64,000 bases of DNA from Eledone cirrhosa (lineage: Eukaryota), in the NCBI GenBank assembly GCA_964016885.1, contig OZ024751.1:2542001-2606000 (forward strand). Reading direction: 5' to 3'. Positions 26,360-41,000 of the stretch are shown here, one piece after another. The position numbers were made by a program, and so were the translations under genes. Positions within the stretch are counted from its first letter, which is position 1. Each line of letters begins with the position of its first letter. The notes beneath the pieces are model-generated. The model searched no databases, was not told where the DNA came from, and saw nothing but the letters and a program-made list of their open reading frames with translations.

Positions 26360-29300
26360 TTGAACTGTCATGCTGAACCTTCCCTGTTGAAGTGTCATGT
26401 TGAACATTCTCTGTTGAACTGTCATGTTGAACATTCTCTGTTGAGCTGTCATGCTGAACCTTCTCTGTTTAACTGTCATATTGAACCTTCTCTGTTTAAC
26501 TGTCATATTGAACTTTCTCTGTTCAACTGTCATGCTGAACCTTCCCTGTTGAACTATCATGTTGAACTTTCTCTGTTGAACTGTCATATTGAACCTTCTC
26601 TGTTTAACTGTCGTATTGAACCTTCCCTGTTGAACTGACATGTTGGACCTTCCCTGTTTAACTGTCATGCTGAACCTTCTCTGTTGAACTGTCATATTGT
26701 ACTTTCTCAGTTGAACTGTGATGCTAAATCCTCCCTGTTGAACTGTCATGCTGAACCTTCCCTGTTTAATTGTCATATTGAACTTTCTCTGTTTAACTGT
26801 CATGCTGAACCTTCCCTGTTTAACTGTCATATTGAACCTTCTCTGTTTAACTGTCATATTGGACCTGCTCTGTTTAACTGTCATATTGAACTTTCTCTGT
26901 TGAACTGTCATGCTGAACATTCCCTGTTGAACTGTCATGTTGAATCTTCTCTGTTGAACTGTCATATTGAACCTTCTCTGTTGAACTGTCATGTTGGACC
27001 TTCCCTGTTTAACTGTCATATTTAACCTTCCCTGTTTAACTGTCATATTGAACTTTCTCAGTTCAACTGTCATGCTTAACCTTCCCTGTTGAACTGTCAT
27101 GTTGAACCTTCTCTGTTGAACTGTCATACTGAACTTTCTATGTTGAACAGTCGTATTGAACCTTCCCTGTTGAACTGTCATGTTGGACCTTCCCTGTTTA
27201 ACTCTCATATTGAACCGTCCCTGTTGAACTGTCATATTGAACTTTCCCTGTTGAACTGTCATGCTGAACCTTCCCTGTTGAACTGTCATGCTGAATCTTC
27301 CCTGTTTAACTGTCATGCTGAATCTTCCCTGTTGAACTGTCATGCTGAACCTTCCCTGTTTAATTGTCATATTGAACACTCTCTGTTGAACTGTCATGCT
27401 GAACCTTCCCTGTTGAACTATCATATTGAACCTTCTCTGTTGAACTGTCATACTGAACCTTCCCTGTTGAACTATCATATTGAACCTTCTCTGTTGAACT
27501 GTCATGTTGGACCGTCTCTGTTTCAATGTCATATTGAATCTTCTCTGTTGAACTGTCATATTGAACCTTTTCTGTTGAACTGTCATGTTGGACCTTCCCT
27601 GTTTAACAGTCATATTGAACCTTCTCTGCTTAACTGTCATATTGAACTTTCTCTGTTGAACTATCATGCTGAAGCTTCCCTGTTGAACTGTCATGTTGAA
27701 CCTTCTCTGTTGAACTGTCATATTGAACCTTCTCTTTTGAATTGTCATGTTGGACCTTCTCTGTTGAACTGTCATATTGAACCTTCTCTGTTGAACTGTC
27801 ATGCTGAACCTTCCCTGTTGAACTATCATATTGAACCCTCTCTGTTGAACTGTCATGCTGAACCATCCCTGTTTAACTGTAATATTGAACCGTCTCTGTT
27901 TAACTATCATGTTGAACTTTCTGTGTTGAACTGTCATACTGAACCTTCCCTATTGAACTGTCATGTTGAATCTTCTCTGTTGAACTGTCATATTGAACCT
28001 TCTCTGTTGAACTGTCATGTTGGACCTTCCCTGTTTAACTGTCATATTGAACCTTCTCTGTTTATCTGTCATATTGAACTTTCTCTGTTGAACTATCATG
28101 CTGAAGTTTCCCTGTTGAACTGTCATGCTGAACCTTCCCTGTTGAACTGTCATGTTGGACCTTCTCTGTTTAACTGTCATATTGAACTTTCTCTGTTGAA
28201 CTGTCATGCTGAACCTTCCCTGTTGAACTGTCATGTTGAACTTTCTCTGTTGAACTGTCATATTGAACCTTCTCTTTTGAACTGTCATGTTGGACCTTCT
28301 CTGTTGAACTGTCATATTGAACCTTCTCTGTAGAACTGTCATATTGAACCTTCTTTGTTTAACTGTGATATTGAACTTTCTCTGTTGAACTGTCATACTG
28401 AACCTTCTATGTTGAACTGTCATATTGAACATTCTCTGTTGAGCTGTCATGCTGAACCTTCTCTGTTTAACTGTTATATTGAACTTTCTCTGTTGAACTG
28501 TCATGCTGAACCTTCCTTGTTTAACTGTCATATTGCACTTTCACTGTTCAAATGTCATGCTGAACCTTCCCTGTTGAACTGTCATGTTGAACCTTCTCTG
28601 TTGAACTGTCATACTGAACCTCCTCTGTTGAAGAGTCGTATTGAACCTTCTCTGTTGAACTGCCGTGTTGGACCTTTCCGGTTTAACTCTCATATTGAAC
28701 CATCCCTGTTGAACTGTCATATTGAACTTTCCCTGTTGAACTGTCATGCTGAACCTTCCCTGTTGAACTGTCATACTGAACCTTCCCTGTTTAACTGTCA
28801 TGCTGAACCTTCCCTGTTTAATTGTCATGCTGAACCTTCCCTGTTTAATTGTCATATTGAACTTTCTCTGTTCAACTGTCATGCTGAAACTTCCCTGTTC
28901 AACTGTCATATTGAACCTTCCCTGTTGAACTGTCATGCTCAACCTTCCCTGTTTAATTGTCATATTGAACTTTCTCTGTTCAACTGTCATGCTGAAACTT
29001 CCCTGTTCAACTGTCATATTGAACCTTCCCTGTTGAACTGTCATGCTCAACCTTCCCTGTTGAAATATCATATTGAACCTTCTCCGTTGAACTGTCATGT
29101 TGGACCGTCTCTGTTTAACTGTCATATTTAACCTTCTCTGTTTAACTATCATATTGAACATTCTCTGTTGAACTGTCCTGCTGAACCTTCCCTGTTGAAC
29201 TGTCATGTTGGACCTTCCCTGTTTAACTGTCATATTGAACTTTCTCTGTTGAACTGTCATGCTGAAGCTTCCCTGTTGAACTGTCATGCTGAACCTTCCC

Positions 29301-32300
29301 TGTTTAACTGTCATATTGAACTTTCTCTGTTGAACTGTCATGTTGAACCTACTCTGTTGAACTGTCATGCTGAACCTTCCCTGTTGAACTGTCATGTTGC
29401 TCCTTCTCTGTTGAACTGTCATATTGAACTTTCTCTGTTGAACTGTCATGCTGAACCTTCTCTGTTGACTGTCATATTGAACCTTCCCTGTTGAACTGTC
29501 ATTTTGAACCTTCTCTGTTGAACTGTCATATTGAACCTTCTCTGTTTAACTGTCATATTGAACTTTCTCTGTTGAACTGTCATACTGAACCTCCTCTGGT
29601 GAACTGTCATATTGAACCTTCCCTGTTGAACTGTCATGTTGGACCTTCCCTGTTTAACTCTCATATTGAACTATCCCTGTTGAACTGTCATATTGAACTT
29701 TCCCTGTTGAACTGTCATGCTGAACCTTCCATGTTGAACTGTCATGTTGGACCTTCCCTGTTGAACTGTCATGCTGAACCTTCTTTGTTGAACTGTCATA
29801 TTGAACTTTCTCTGTTGAACTGTGATGCTGTATCTTCCCTGTTGAACTGTCATGCTGAACCTTCCCTGTTGAAGTGTCATGTTGAACATTCTCTGTTGAA
29901 CTGTCATGTTGAACATTCTCTGTTGAGCTGTCATGCTGAACCTTCTCTGTTTAACTGTCATATTGAACCTTCTCTGTTTAACTGTCATATTGAACTTTCT
30001 CTGTTCAACTGTCATGCTGAACCTTCCCTGTTGAACTATCATGTTGAACTTTCTCTGTTGAACTGTCATATTGAACCTTCTCTGTTTAACTGTCGTATTG
30101 AACCTTCCCTGTTGAACTGACATGTTGGACCTTCCCTGTTTAACTGTCATGCTGAACCTTCTCTGTTGAACTGTCATATTGTACTTTCTCAGTTGAACTG
30201 TGATGCTAAATCCTCCCTGTTGAACTGTCATGCTGAACCTTCCCTGTTTAATTGTCATATTGAACTTTCTCTGTTTAACTGTCATGCTGAACCTTCCCTG
30301 TTTAACTGTCATATTGAACCTTCTCTGTTTAACTGTCATATTGGACCTGCTCTGTTTAACTGTCATATTGAACTTTCTCTGTTGAACTGTCATGCTGAAC
30401 ATTCCCTGTTGAACTGTCATGTTGAATCTTCTCTGTTGAACTGTCATATTGAACCTTCTCTGTTGAACTGTCATGTTGGACCTTCCCTGTTTAACTGTCA
30501 TATTTAACCTTCCCTGTTTAACTGTCATATTGAACTTTCTCAGTTCAACTGTCATGCTTAACCTTCCCTGTTGAACTGTCATGTTGAACCTTCTCTGTTG
30601 AACTGTCATACTGAACTTTCTATGTTGAACAGTCGTATTGAACCTTCCCTGTTGAACTGTCATGTTGGACCTTCCCTGTTTAACTCTCATATTGAACCGT
30701 CCCTGTTGAACTGTCATATTGAACTTTCCCTGTTGAACTGTCATGCTGAACCTTCCCTGTTGAACTGTCATGCTGAATCTTCCCTGTTTAACTGTCATGC
30801 TGAATCTTCCCTGTTGAACTGTCATGCTGAACCTTCCCTGTTTAATTGTCATATTGAACTCTCTCTGTTGAACTGTCATGCTGAACCTTCCCTGTTGAAC
30901 TATCATATTGAACCTTCTCTGTTGAACTGTCATACTGAACCTTCCCTGTTGAACTATCATATTGAACCTTCTCTGTTGAACTGTCATGTTGGACCGTCTC
31001 TGTTTCAATGTCATATTGAATCTTCTCTGTTGAACTGTCATATTGAACCTTTTCTGTTGAACTGTCATGTTGGACCTTCCCTGTTTAACAGTCATATTGA
31101 ACCTTCTCTGCTTAACTGTCATATTGAACTTTCTCTGTTGAACTATCATGCTGAAGCTTCCCTGTTGAACTGTCATGTTGAACCTTCTCTGTTGAACTGT
31201 CATATTGAACCTTCTCTTTTGAATTGTCATGTTGGACCTTCTCTGTTGAACTGTCATATTGAACCTTCTCTGTTGAACTGTCATGCTGAACCTTCCCTGT
31301 TGAACTATCATATTGAACCCTCTCTGTTGAACTGTCATGTTGGACCGTCTCTGTTTAAATGTCATATTGAACCTTCTCTGTTTAACTATCATATTGAACT
31401 TTCTCTGTTGAACTCTCATGCTGAACCTTCCCTGTTGAACTGTCATGTTGAATCCTCTCTGTTGAACTGTCATGTTGAACTTTCTCAGTTGAACTGTCAT
31501 GTTGGACCTTCCCTGTTTAACTGTCATATTGAACCTTCTCTGTTTAACTGTCATATTGAACTTTCTCTGTTGAACTGTCATGCTGAAGCTTCCCTGTTGA
31601 AATGTCATGCTGAACCTTCCCTGTTTAACTGTCATATTGAACTTTCTCTGTTGAACTGTCATGTTGAATCTACTCTGTTGAACTGTCATGCTGAACCATC
31701 CCTGTTTAACTGTAATATTGAACCGTCTCTGTTTAACTATCATGTTGAACTTTCTGTGTTGAACTGTCATACTGAACCTTCCCTATTGAACTGTCATGTT
31801 GAATCTTCTCTGTTGAACTGTCATATTGAACCTTCTCTGTTGAACTGTCATGTTGGACCTTCCCTGTTTAACTGTCATATTGAACCTTCTCTGTTTATCT
31901 GTCATATTGAACTTTCTCTGTTGAACTATCATGCTGAAGTTTCCCTGTTGAACTGTCATGCTGAACCTTCCCTGTTGAACTGTCATGTTGGACCTTCTCT
32001 GTTTAACTGTCATATTGAACTTTCTCTGTTGAACTGTCATGCTGAACCTTCCCTGTTGAACTGTCATGTTGAACTTTCTCTGTTGAACTGTCATGTTGGA
32101 CCTTCTCTGTTGAACTGTCATATTGAACCTTCTCTGTAGAACTGTCATATTGAACCTTCTTTGTTTAACTGTGATATTGAACTTTCTCTGTTGAACTGTC
32201 ATACTGAACCTTCTATGTTGAACTGTCATATTGAACATTCTCTGTTGAGCTGTCATGCTGAACCTTCTCTGTTTAACTGTTATATTGAACTTTCTCTGTT

Positions 32301-35300
32301 GAACTGTCATGCTGAACCTTCCTTGTTTAACTGTCATATTGCACTTTCCCTGTTCAAATGTCATGCTGAACCTTCCCTGTTGAACTGTCATGTTGAACCT
32401 TCTCTGTTGAACTGTCATACTGAACCTCCTCTGTTGAAGAGTCGTATTGAACCTTCTCTGTTGAACTGCCGTGTTGGACCTTTCCGGTTTAACTCTCATA
32501 TTGAACCATCCCTGTTGAACTGTCATATTGAACTTTCCCTGTTGAACTGTCATGCTGAACCTTCCCTGTTGAACTGTCATACTGAACCTTCCCTGTTTAA
32601 CTGTCATGCTGAACCTTCCCTGTTTAATTGTCATGCTGAACCTTCCCTGTTTAATTGTCATATTGAACTTTCTCTGTTCAACTGTCATGCTGAAACTTCC
32701 CTGTTCAACTGTCATATTGAACCTTCCCTGTTGAACTGTCATGCTCAACCTTCCCTGTTTAATTGTCATATTGAACTTTCTCTGTTCAACTGTCATGCTG
32801 AAACTTCCCTGTTCAACTGTCATATTGAACCTTCCCTGTTGAACTGTCATGCTCAACCTTCCCTGTTGAAATATCATATTGAACCTTCTCCGTTGAACTG
32901 TCATGTTGGACCGTCTCTGTTTAACTGTCATATTTAACCTTCTCTGTTTAACTATCATATTGAACATTCTCTGTTGAACTGTCCTGCTGAACCTTCCCTG
33001 TTGAACTGTCATGTTGGACCTTCCCTGTTTAACTGTCATATTGAACTTTCTCTGTTGAACTGTCATGCTGAAGCTTCCCTGTTGAACTGTCATGCTGAAC
33101 CTTCCCTGTTTAACTGTCATATTGAACTTTCTCTGTTGAACTGTCATGTTGAACCTACTCTGTTGAACTGTCATGCTGAACCTTCCCTGTTGAACTGTCA
33201 TGTTGCTCCTTCTCTGTTGAACTGTCATATTGAACTTTCTCTGTTGAACTGTCATGCTGAACCTTCTCTGTTGAACTGTCATATTGAACCTTCCCTGTTG
33301 AACTGTCATTTTGAACCTTCTCTGTTGAACTGTCATATTGAACCTTCTCTGTTTAACTGTCATATTGAACTTTCTCTGTTGAACTGTCATACTGAACCTC
33401 CTCTGGTGAACTGTCATATTGAACCTTCCCTGTTGAACTGTCATGTTGGACCTTCCCTGTTTAACTCTCATATTGAACTATCCCTGTTGAACTGTCATAT
33501 TGAACTTTCCCTGTTGAACTGTCATGCTGAACCTTCCATGTTGAACTGTCATGTTGGACCTTCCCTGTTGAACTGTCATGCTGAACCTTCTTTGTTGAAC
33601 TGTCATATTGAACTTTCTCTGTTGAACTGTGATGCTGTATCTTCCCTGTTGAACTGTCATGCTGAACCTTCCCTGTTTAATTGTCATATTGAACTTTCTC
33701 TGTTGAACTGTCATGCTGAACCATCCCTGTTTAACTCTCATATTGAACTTTCTTGGTTCAACTGTCATGCTGAACCTTCCCTGTTGAACTGTCATATTGA
33801 ACCTTCTCTGTTGAACTGTCATGCTGAACCTTCCCTGTTCTCCTATCATATTGAACCTTCTCTGTTCAACTGTCATGTTGGACAGTCTCTGTTTAACTGT
33901 CATATTGAACCTTCTCTGTTTAACTATCATATTGAACTGTCATGCTGAACCTTCCTTGTTGAACTGTCATGTTGAATCTTCTCTGTTGAACTGTCATATT
34001 GAACCTTCTCTGTTGAACTGTCATGTTGAACATTCTCTGTTGAGCTGTCATGCTGAACCTTCTCTGTTTAACTGTCATATTGAACCTTCTCTGTTTAACT
34101 GTCATATTGAACTTTCTCTGTTCAACTGTCATGCTGAACCTTCCCTGTTGAACTATCATGTTGAACTTTCTCTGTTGAACTGTCATATTGAACCTTCTCT
34201 GTTTAACTGTCGTATTGAACCTTCCCTGTTGAACTGACATGTTGGACCTTCCCTGTTTAACTGTCATGCTGAACCTTCTCTGTTGAACTGTCATATTGTA
34301 CTTTCTCAGTTGAACTGTGATGCTATATCCTCCCTGTTGAACTGTCATGCTGAACCTTCCCTGTTTAATTGTCATATTGAACTTTCTCTGTTTAACTGTC
34401 ATGCTGAACCTTCCCTGTTTAACTGTCATATTGAACCTTCTCTGTTTAACTGTCATATTGGACCTGCTCTGTTTAACTGTCATATTGAACTTTCTCTGTT
34501 GAACTGTCATGCTGAACATTCCCTGTTGAACTGTCATGTTGAATCTTCTCTGTTGAACTGTCATATTGAACCTTCTCTGTTGAACTGTCATGTTGGACCT
34601 TCCCTGTTTAACTGTCATATTGAACCTTCCCTGTTTAACTGTCATATTGAACTTTCTCAGTTCAACTGTCATGCTTAACCTTCCCTGTTGAACTGTCATG
34701 TTGAACCTTCTCTGTTGAACTGTCATACTGAACTTTCTATGTTGAACAGTCGTATTGAACCTTCCCTGTTGAACTGTCATGTTGGACCTTCCCTGTTTAA
34801 CTCTCATATTGAACCGTCCCTGTTGAACTGTCATATTGAACTTTCCCTGTTGAACTGTCATGCTGAACCTTCCCTGTTGAACTGTCATGCTGAATCTTCC
34901 CTGTTTAACTGTCATGCTGAATCTTCCCTGTTGAACTGTCATGCTGAACCTTCCCTGTTTAATTGTCATATTGAACTCTCTCTGTTGAACTGTCATGCTG
35001 AACCTTCCCTGTTGAACTATCATATTGAACCTTCTCTGTTGAACTGTCATACTGAACCTTCCCTGTTGAACTATCATATTGAACCTTCTCTGTTGAACTG
35101 TCATGTTGGACCGTCTCTGTTTCAATGTCATATTGAATCTTCTCTGTTGAACTGTCATATTGAACCTTTTCTGTTGAACTGTCATGTTGGACCTTCCCTG
35201 TTTAACAGTCATATTGAACCTTCTCTGCTTAACTGTCATATTGAACTTTCTCTGTTGAACTATCATGCTGAAGCTTCCCTGTTGAACTGTCATGTTGAAC

Positions 35301-38020
35301 CTTCTCTGTTGAACTGTCATATTGAACCTTCTCTTTTGAATTGTCATGTTGGACCTTCTCTGTTGAACTGTCATATTGAACCTTCTCTGTTGAACTGTCA
35401 TGCTGAACCTTCCCTGTTGAACTATCATATTGAACCCTCTCTGTTGAACTGTCATGTTGCACCGTCTCTGTTTAAATGTCATATTGAATCTTCTCTGTTT
35501 AACTATCATATTGAACTTTCTCTGTTGAACTCTCATGCTGAACCTTCCCTGTTGAACTGTCATGTTGAATCCTCTCTGTTGAACTGTCATGTTGAACTTT
35601 CTCAGTTGAACTGTCATGTTGGACCTTCCCTGTTTAACTGTCATATTGAACCTTCTCTGTTTAACTGTCATATTGAACTTTCTCTGTTGAACTGTCATGC
35701 TAAAGCTTCCCTGTTAAAATGTCATGCTGAACCTTCCCTGTTTAACTGTCATATTGAACTTTCTCTGTTGAACTGTCATGTTGAATCTACTCTGTTGAAC
35801 TGTCATGCTGAACCATCCCTGTTTAACTGTAATATTGAACCGTCTCTGTTTAACTATCATGTTGAACTTTCTGTGTTGAACTGTCATACTGAACCTTCCC
35901 TATTGAACTGTCATGTTGAATCTTCTCTGTTGAACTGTCATATTGAACCTTCTCTGTTGAACTGTCATGTTGGACCTTCCCTGTTTAACTGTCATATTGA
36001 ACCTTCTCTGTTTATCTGTCATATTGAACTTTCTCTGTTGAACTGTCATGCTGAAGTTTCCCTGTTGAACTGTCATGCTGAACCTTCCCTGTTGAACTGT
36101 CATGTTGGACCTTCTCTGTTTAACTGTCATATTGAACTTTCTCTGTTGAACTGTCATGCTGAACCTTCCCTGTTGAACTGTCATGTTGAACTTTCTCTGT
36201 TGAACTGTCATATTGAACCTTCTCTTTTGAACTGTCATGTTGGACCTTCTCTGTTGAACTGTCATATTGAACCTTCTCTGTAGAACTGTCATATTTTACC
36301 TTCTTTGTTTAACTGTGATATTGAACTTTCTCTGTTGAACTGTCATACTGAACCTTCTATGTTGAACTGTCATATTGAACATTCTCTGTTGAGCTGTCAT
36401 GCTGAACCTTCTCTGTTTAACTGTTATATTGAACTTTCTCTGTTGAACTGTCATGCTGAACCTTCCTTGTTTAACTGTCATATTGCACTTTCCCTGTTCA
36501 AATGTCATGCTGAACCTTCCCTGTTGAACTGTCATGTTGAACCTTCTCTGTTGAACTGTCATACTGAACCTCCTCTGTTGAAGAGTCGTATTGAACCTTC
36601 TCTGTTGAACTGCCGTGTTGGACCTTTCCGGTTTAACTCTCATATTGAACCATCCCTGTTGAACTGTCATATTGAACTTTCCCTGTTGAACTGTCATGCT
36701 GAACCTTCCCTGTTGAACTGTCATACTGAACCTTCCCTGTTTAACTGTCATGCTGAACCTTCCCTGTTTAATTGTCATGCTGAACCTTCCCTGTTTAATT
36801 GTCATATTGAACTTTCTCTGTTCAACTGTCATGCTGAAACTTCCCTGTTCAACTGTCATGTTGAACCTTCCCTGTTGAACTGTCATGCTCAACCTTCCCT
36901 GTTTAATTGTCATATTGAACTTTCTCTGTTCAACTGTCATGCTGAAACTTCCCTGTTCAACTGTCATATTGAACCTTCCCTGTTGAACTGTCATGCTCAA
37001 CCTTCCCTGTTGAAATATCATATTGAACCTTCTCCGTTGAACTGTCATGTTGGACCGTCTCTGTTTAACTGTCATATTTAACCTTCTCTGTTTAACTATC
37101 ATGTTGAACATTCTCTGTTGAACTGTCCTGCTGAACCTTCCCTGTTGAACTGTCATGTTGGACCTTCCCTGTTTAACTGTCATATTGAACTTTCTCTGTT
37201 GAACTGTCATGCTGAAGCTTCCCTGTTGAACTGTCATGCTGAACCTTCCCTGTTTAACTGTCATATTGAACTTTCTCTGTTGAACTGTCATGTTGAACCT
37301 ACTCTGTTGAACTGTCATGCTGAACCTTCCCTGTTGAACTGTCATGTTGCTCCTTCTCTGTTGAACTGTCATATTGAACTTTCTCTGTTGAACTGTCATA
37401 CTGAACCTTCTCTGTTGAACTGTCATATTGAACCTTCCCTGTTGAACTGTCATTTTGAACCTTCTCTGTTGAACTGTCATATTGAACCTTCTCTGTTTAA
37501 CTGTCATATTGAACTTTCTCTGTTGAACTGTCATACTGAACCTCCTCTGGTGAACTGTCATATTGAACCTTCCCTGTTGAACTGTCATGTTGGACCTTCC
37601 CTGTTTAACTCTCATATTGAACTATCCCTGTTGAACTGTCATATTGAACTTTCCCTGTTGAACTGTGATGCTGTATCTTCCCTGTTGAACTGTCATGCTG
37701 AACCTTCCCTGTTTAATTGTCATATTGAACTTTCTCTGTTGAACTGTCATGCTGAACCATCCCTGTTTAACTCTCATATTGAACTTTCTTGGTTCAACTG
37801 TCATGCTGAACCTTCCCTGTTGAACTGTCATATTGAACCTTCTCTGTTGAACTGTCATGCTGAACCTTCCCTGTTCTCCTATCATATTGAACCTTCTCTG
37901 TTCAACTGTCATGTTGGACAGTCTCTGTTTAACTGTCATATTGAACCTTCTCTGTTTAACTATCATATTGAACTGTCATGCTGAACCTTCCTTGTTGAAC
38001 TGTCATGTTGAATCTTCTCT
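26360..38020. repeat. Three tandem copies of a 3.5-4.1 kb higher-order unit
   Basis: ORF triplets 26684/30166/34283, 27089/30571/34688, 28355/32161/36305 and 29168/32974/37118. Offsets (3482, 3806, 4117, 4144, 4036) change by whole-monomer multiples within each pair of copies. Confidence 0.93.
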
Positions 38021-38021
38021 G

Positions 38022-41000
38022 TTGAACTGTCATGTTGGACCTTCCCTGTTTAACTGTCATATTGAACCTTCCCTGTTTAACTGTCATATTGAACTTTCTC
38101 TGTTGAACTGTCATGCTGAACCTTCCCTGTTGAACTGTCATTCTGAATCTTCTCTGTTGAACTGTCATGCTGAACCTTCCCTGTTGAACTGTCATGTTGG
38201 ACCTTCTCTGTTTAACTGTGATGTTGGACCGTCTCTGTTTAACTGACATATTGAACCTTCTCTGTTTAACTATCATATTGAACTTTCTCTGTTGAACTGT
38301 CATGCTGAACCTTCCCTATTTAACTGTCATGTTGAATCTTCTCTGTTGAACTGTCATATTGAACCTTCTCTGTTGAACTGTCATGCTGGACCTTCCCTGT
38401 TTAACTGTCATATTGAACCTTCCCTGTTTAAATGTCATATTGAACTTTCTCTGTTGAACTGTCATGCTGAACCTTCCCTGTTGAACTGTCATGCTGAACC
38501 TTCCCTGTTGAACTGTCATGTTGGACCTTCTCTGTTTAACTGTCATATTGAACTTTCTCTGTTGAACTGTCATGCTGAACCTTCCTTGTTGAACTGTCAT
38601 GTTGAACCTTCTCTGTTGAACTGTCATATTGAACCTTCTCTTTTGAACTGTCATGTTGGACCTTCTCTATTGAACTGTCATATTGAACCTTCTCTGTAGA
38701 ACTGTCATATTGAACCTTCTTTGTTTAACTGTGATATTGAACTTTCTCTGTTGAACTGTCATACTGAACCTTCTCTGTTGAACTGTCATATTGAACATTC
38801 TCTGTTGAGCTGTCATGCTGAACCTTCTCTGTTTAACTGTCATATTGGACCTTCTCTGTTTAACTGTTATATTGAACTTTCTCTGTTGAACTGTCATGCT
38901 GAACATTCCCTGTTGAACTGTCATGTTGAATCTTCTCTGTTGAACTGTCATATTAAACATTCTCTGTTGAGCTGTCATGCTGAACCTTCTCTGTTTAACT
39001 GTCATATTGGACCTTCTCTGTTTAACAGTCATATTGAACTTTCTCTGTTGAACTGTCATGCTCAACCTTCCCTGTTGAACTGTCATGTTGAATCTTCTCT
39101 GTTGAACTGTCATGTTGCACATTCTCTGTTGAGCTGTCATGCTGAACCATCTCTGTTTAACTGTCATATTGAACCTTCTCTGTTTAACTGTCATATTGAA
39201 CTTTCTCTGTTCAACTGTCATGCTGAACCTTCCCTGTTGAACTGTCATGTTGAACCTTCTCTGTTGAACTGTCATACTGAACCTTCTATGTTGCACAGTC
39301 GTATTGAACCTTCCCTGTTGAACTGACATGTTGGACCTTCCCTGTTTAACTGTCATGCTGAACCTTCTCTGTTGAACTGTCATATTGTACTTTCTCAGTT
39401 GAACTGTGATGCTAAATCTTCCCTGATGAACTGTCATGCTGAACCTTCCCTGTTTAATTGTCATATTGAACTTTCTCTGTTTAACTGTCATGCTGAACCT
39501 TCCCTGTTTAACTGTCATATTGAACCTTCTCTGATGAACTGTGATGTTGGACCGTCTATGTTTAACTGTCATCTTGAACCTTCTCTGTTTAACTATCATA
39601 TTGAACTTTCTCTTTTGAACTGTCATATTGAACCTTCTCTGTTGAACTGTCATGTTGGACCTTCCCTGTTGAACTGTTATGCTGAAGCTTCCCTGTTGAA
39701 CTGTCATGATGAACCTTCCCTGTTGAACTATCATATTGAACTTTCTTTGTTGAACTGTCATGTTGAACCTACTCTGTTGAACTGTCATGCTGAACCTTTT
39801 CTGTTGAACTGTCATGCTGAACCTTCCTTGTTGAACTGTCATGTTGAACCTTCTATGTTGAACTGTCATATTGAACCTTCTCTGTTGAACTGTCATGCTG
39901 AACCTTCTCTGTTTAACTGTCATATTGGACCTTCTCTGTTTAACTGTCATATTGAACTTTCCCTGTTTAACTGTCATATTGAACCTTCTCTGTTTAACTG
40001 TCATATTGAACTTTATCTGTTGAACTTTCATGCTGAAGCTTCCCTGTTAAACTTTTATGCTGAACCTTCCCTGTTTCACTGTCATATTGAACTTTCTCTG
40101 TTGAACAGTCATGTTGGACCTTCTCTGTTTAACTGTCATATTGAACCTTCCCTGTTTAACTGTCATATTGAACTTTCTCTGTTGAACTGTCATGCTGAAC
40201 CTTCCCTGTTGAACTGTCATGCTGAATCTTCTCTGTTGAACTGTCATGCTGAACCTTCCCTGTTGAACTGTCATGTTGGACATTCTCTGTTTAACTGTGA
40301 TGTTGGACCGTCTCTGTTTAACTGTCATATTGAACCTTCTCTGTTTAACTATCATATTGAACTTTCTCTGTTGAACTGTCATGCTGAACCTTCCCTATTT
40401 AACTGTCATGTTGAATCTTCTCTGTTGAACTGTCATATTGAACCTTCTCTGTTGAACTGTCATGTTGGACCTTCCCTGTTTAACTGTCATATAGAACCTT
40501 CCCTGTTTAACTGTCATATTGAACTTTCTCTGTTGAACTGTCATGCTGAACCTTCCCTGTTGAACTGTCATGCTGAACCTTCCCTGTTGAACTGTCATGT
40601 TGGACCCTCTCTGTTTAACTGTCATATTGAACTTTCTCTGTTGAACTGTCATGCTGAACCTTCCTTGTTGAACTGTCATGTTGAACCTTCTCTGTTGAAC
40701 TGTCATATTGAACCTTCTCTTTTGAACTGTCATGTTGGACCTTCTCTGTTGAACTGTCATATTGAACCTTCGCTGTAGAACTGTCATATTGAACCTTCTT
40801 TGTTTAACTGTGATATTGAACTTTCTCTGTTGAACTGTCATACTGAACCTTCTCTGTTGAACTGTCATATTGAACATTCTCTGTTGAGCTGTCATGCTGA
40901 ACCTTCTCTGTTTAACTGTCATATTGGACCTTCTCTGTTTAACAGTCATATTGAACTTTCTCTGTTGAACTGTCATGCTGAACATTCCCTGTTGAACTGT

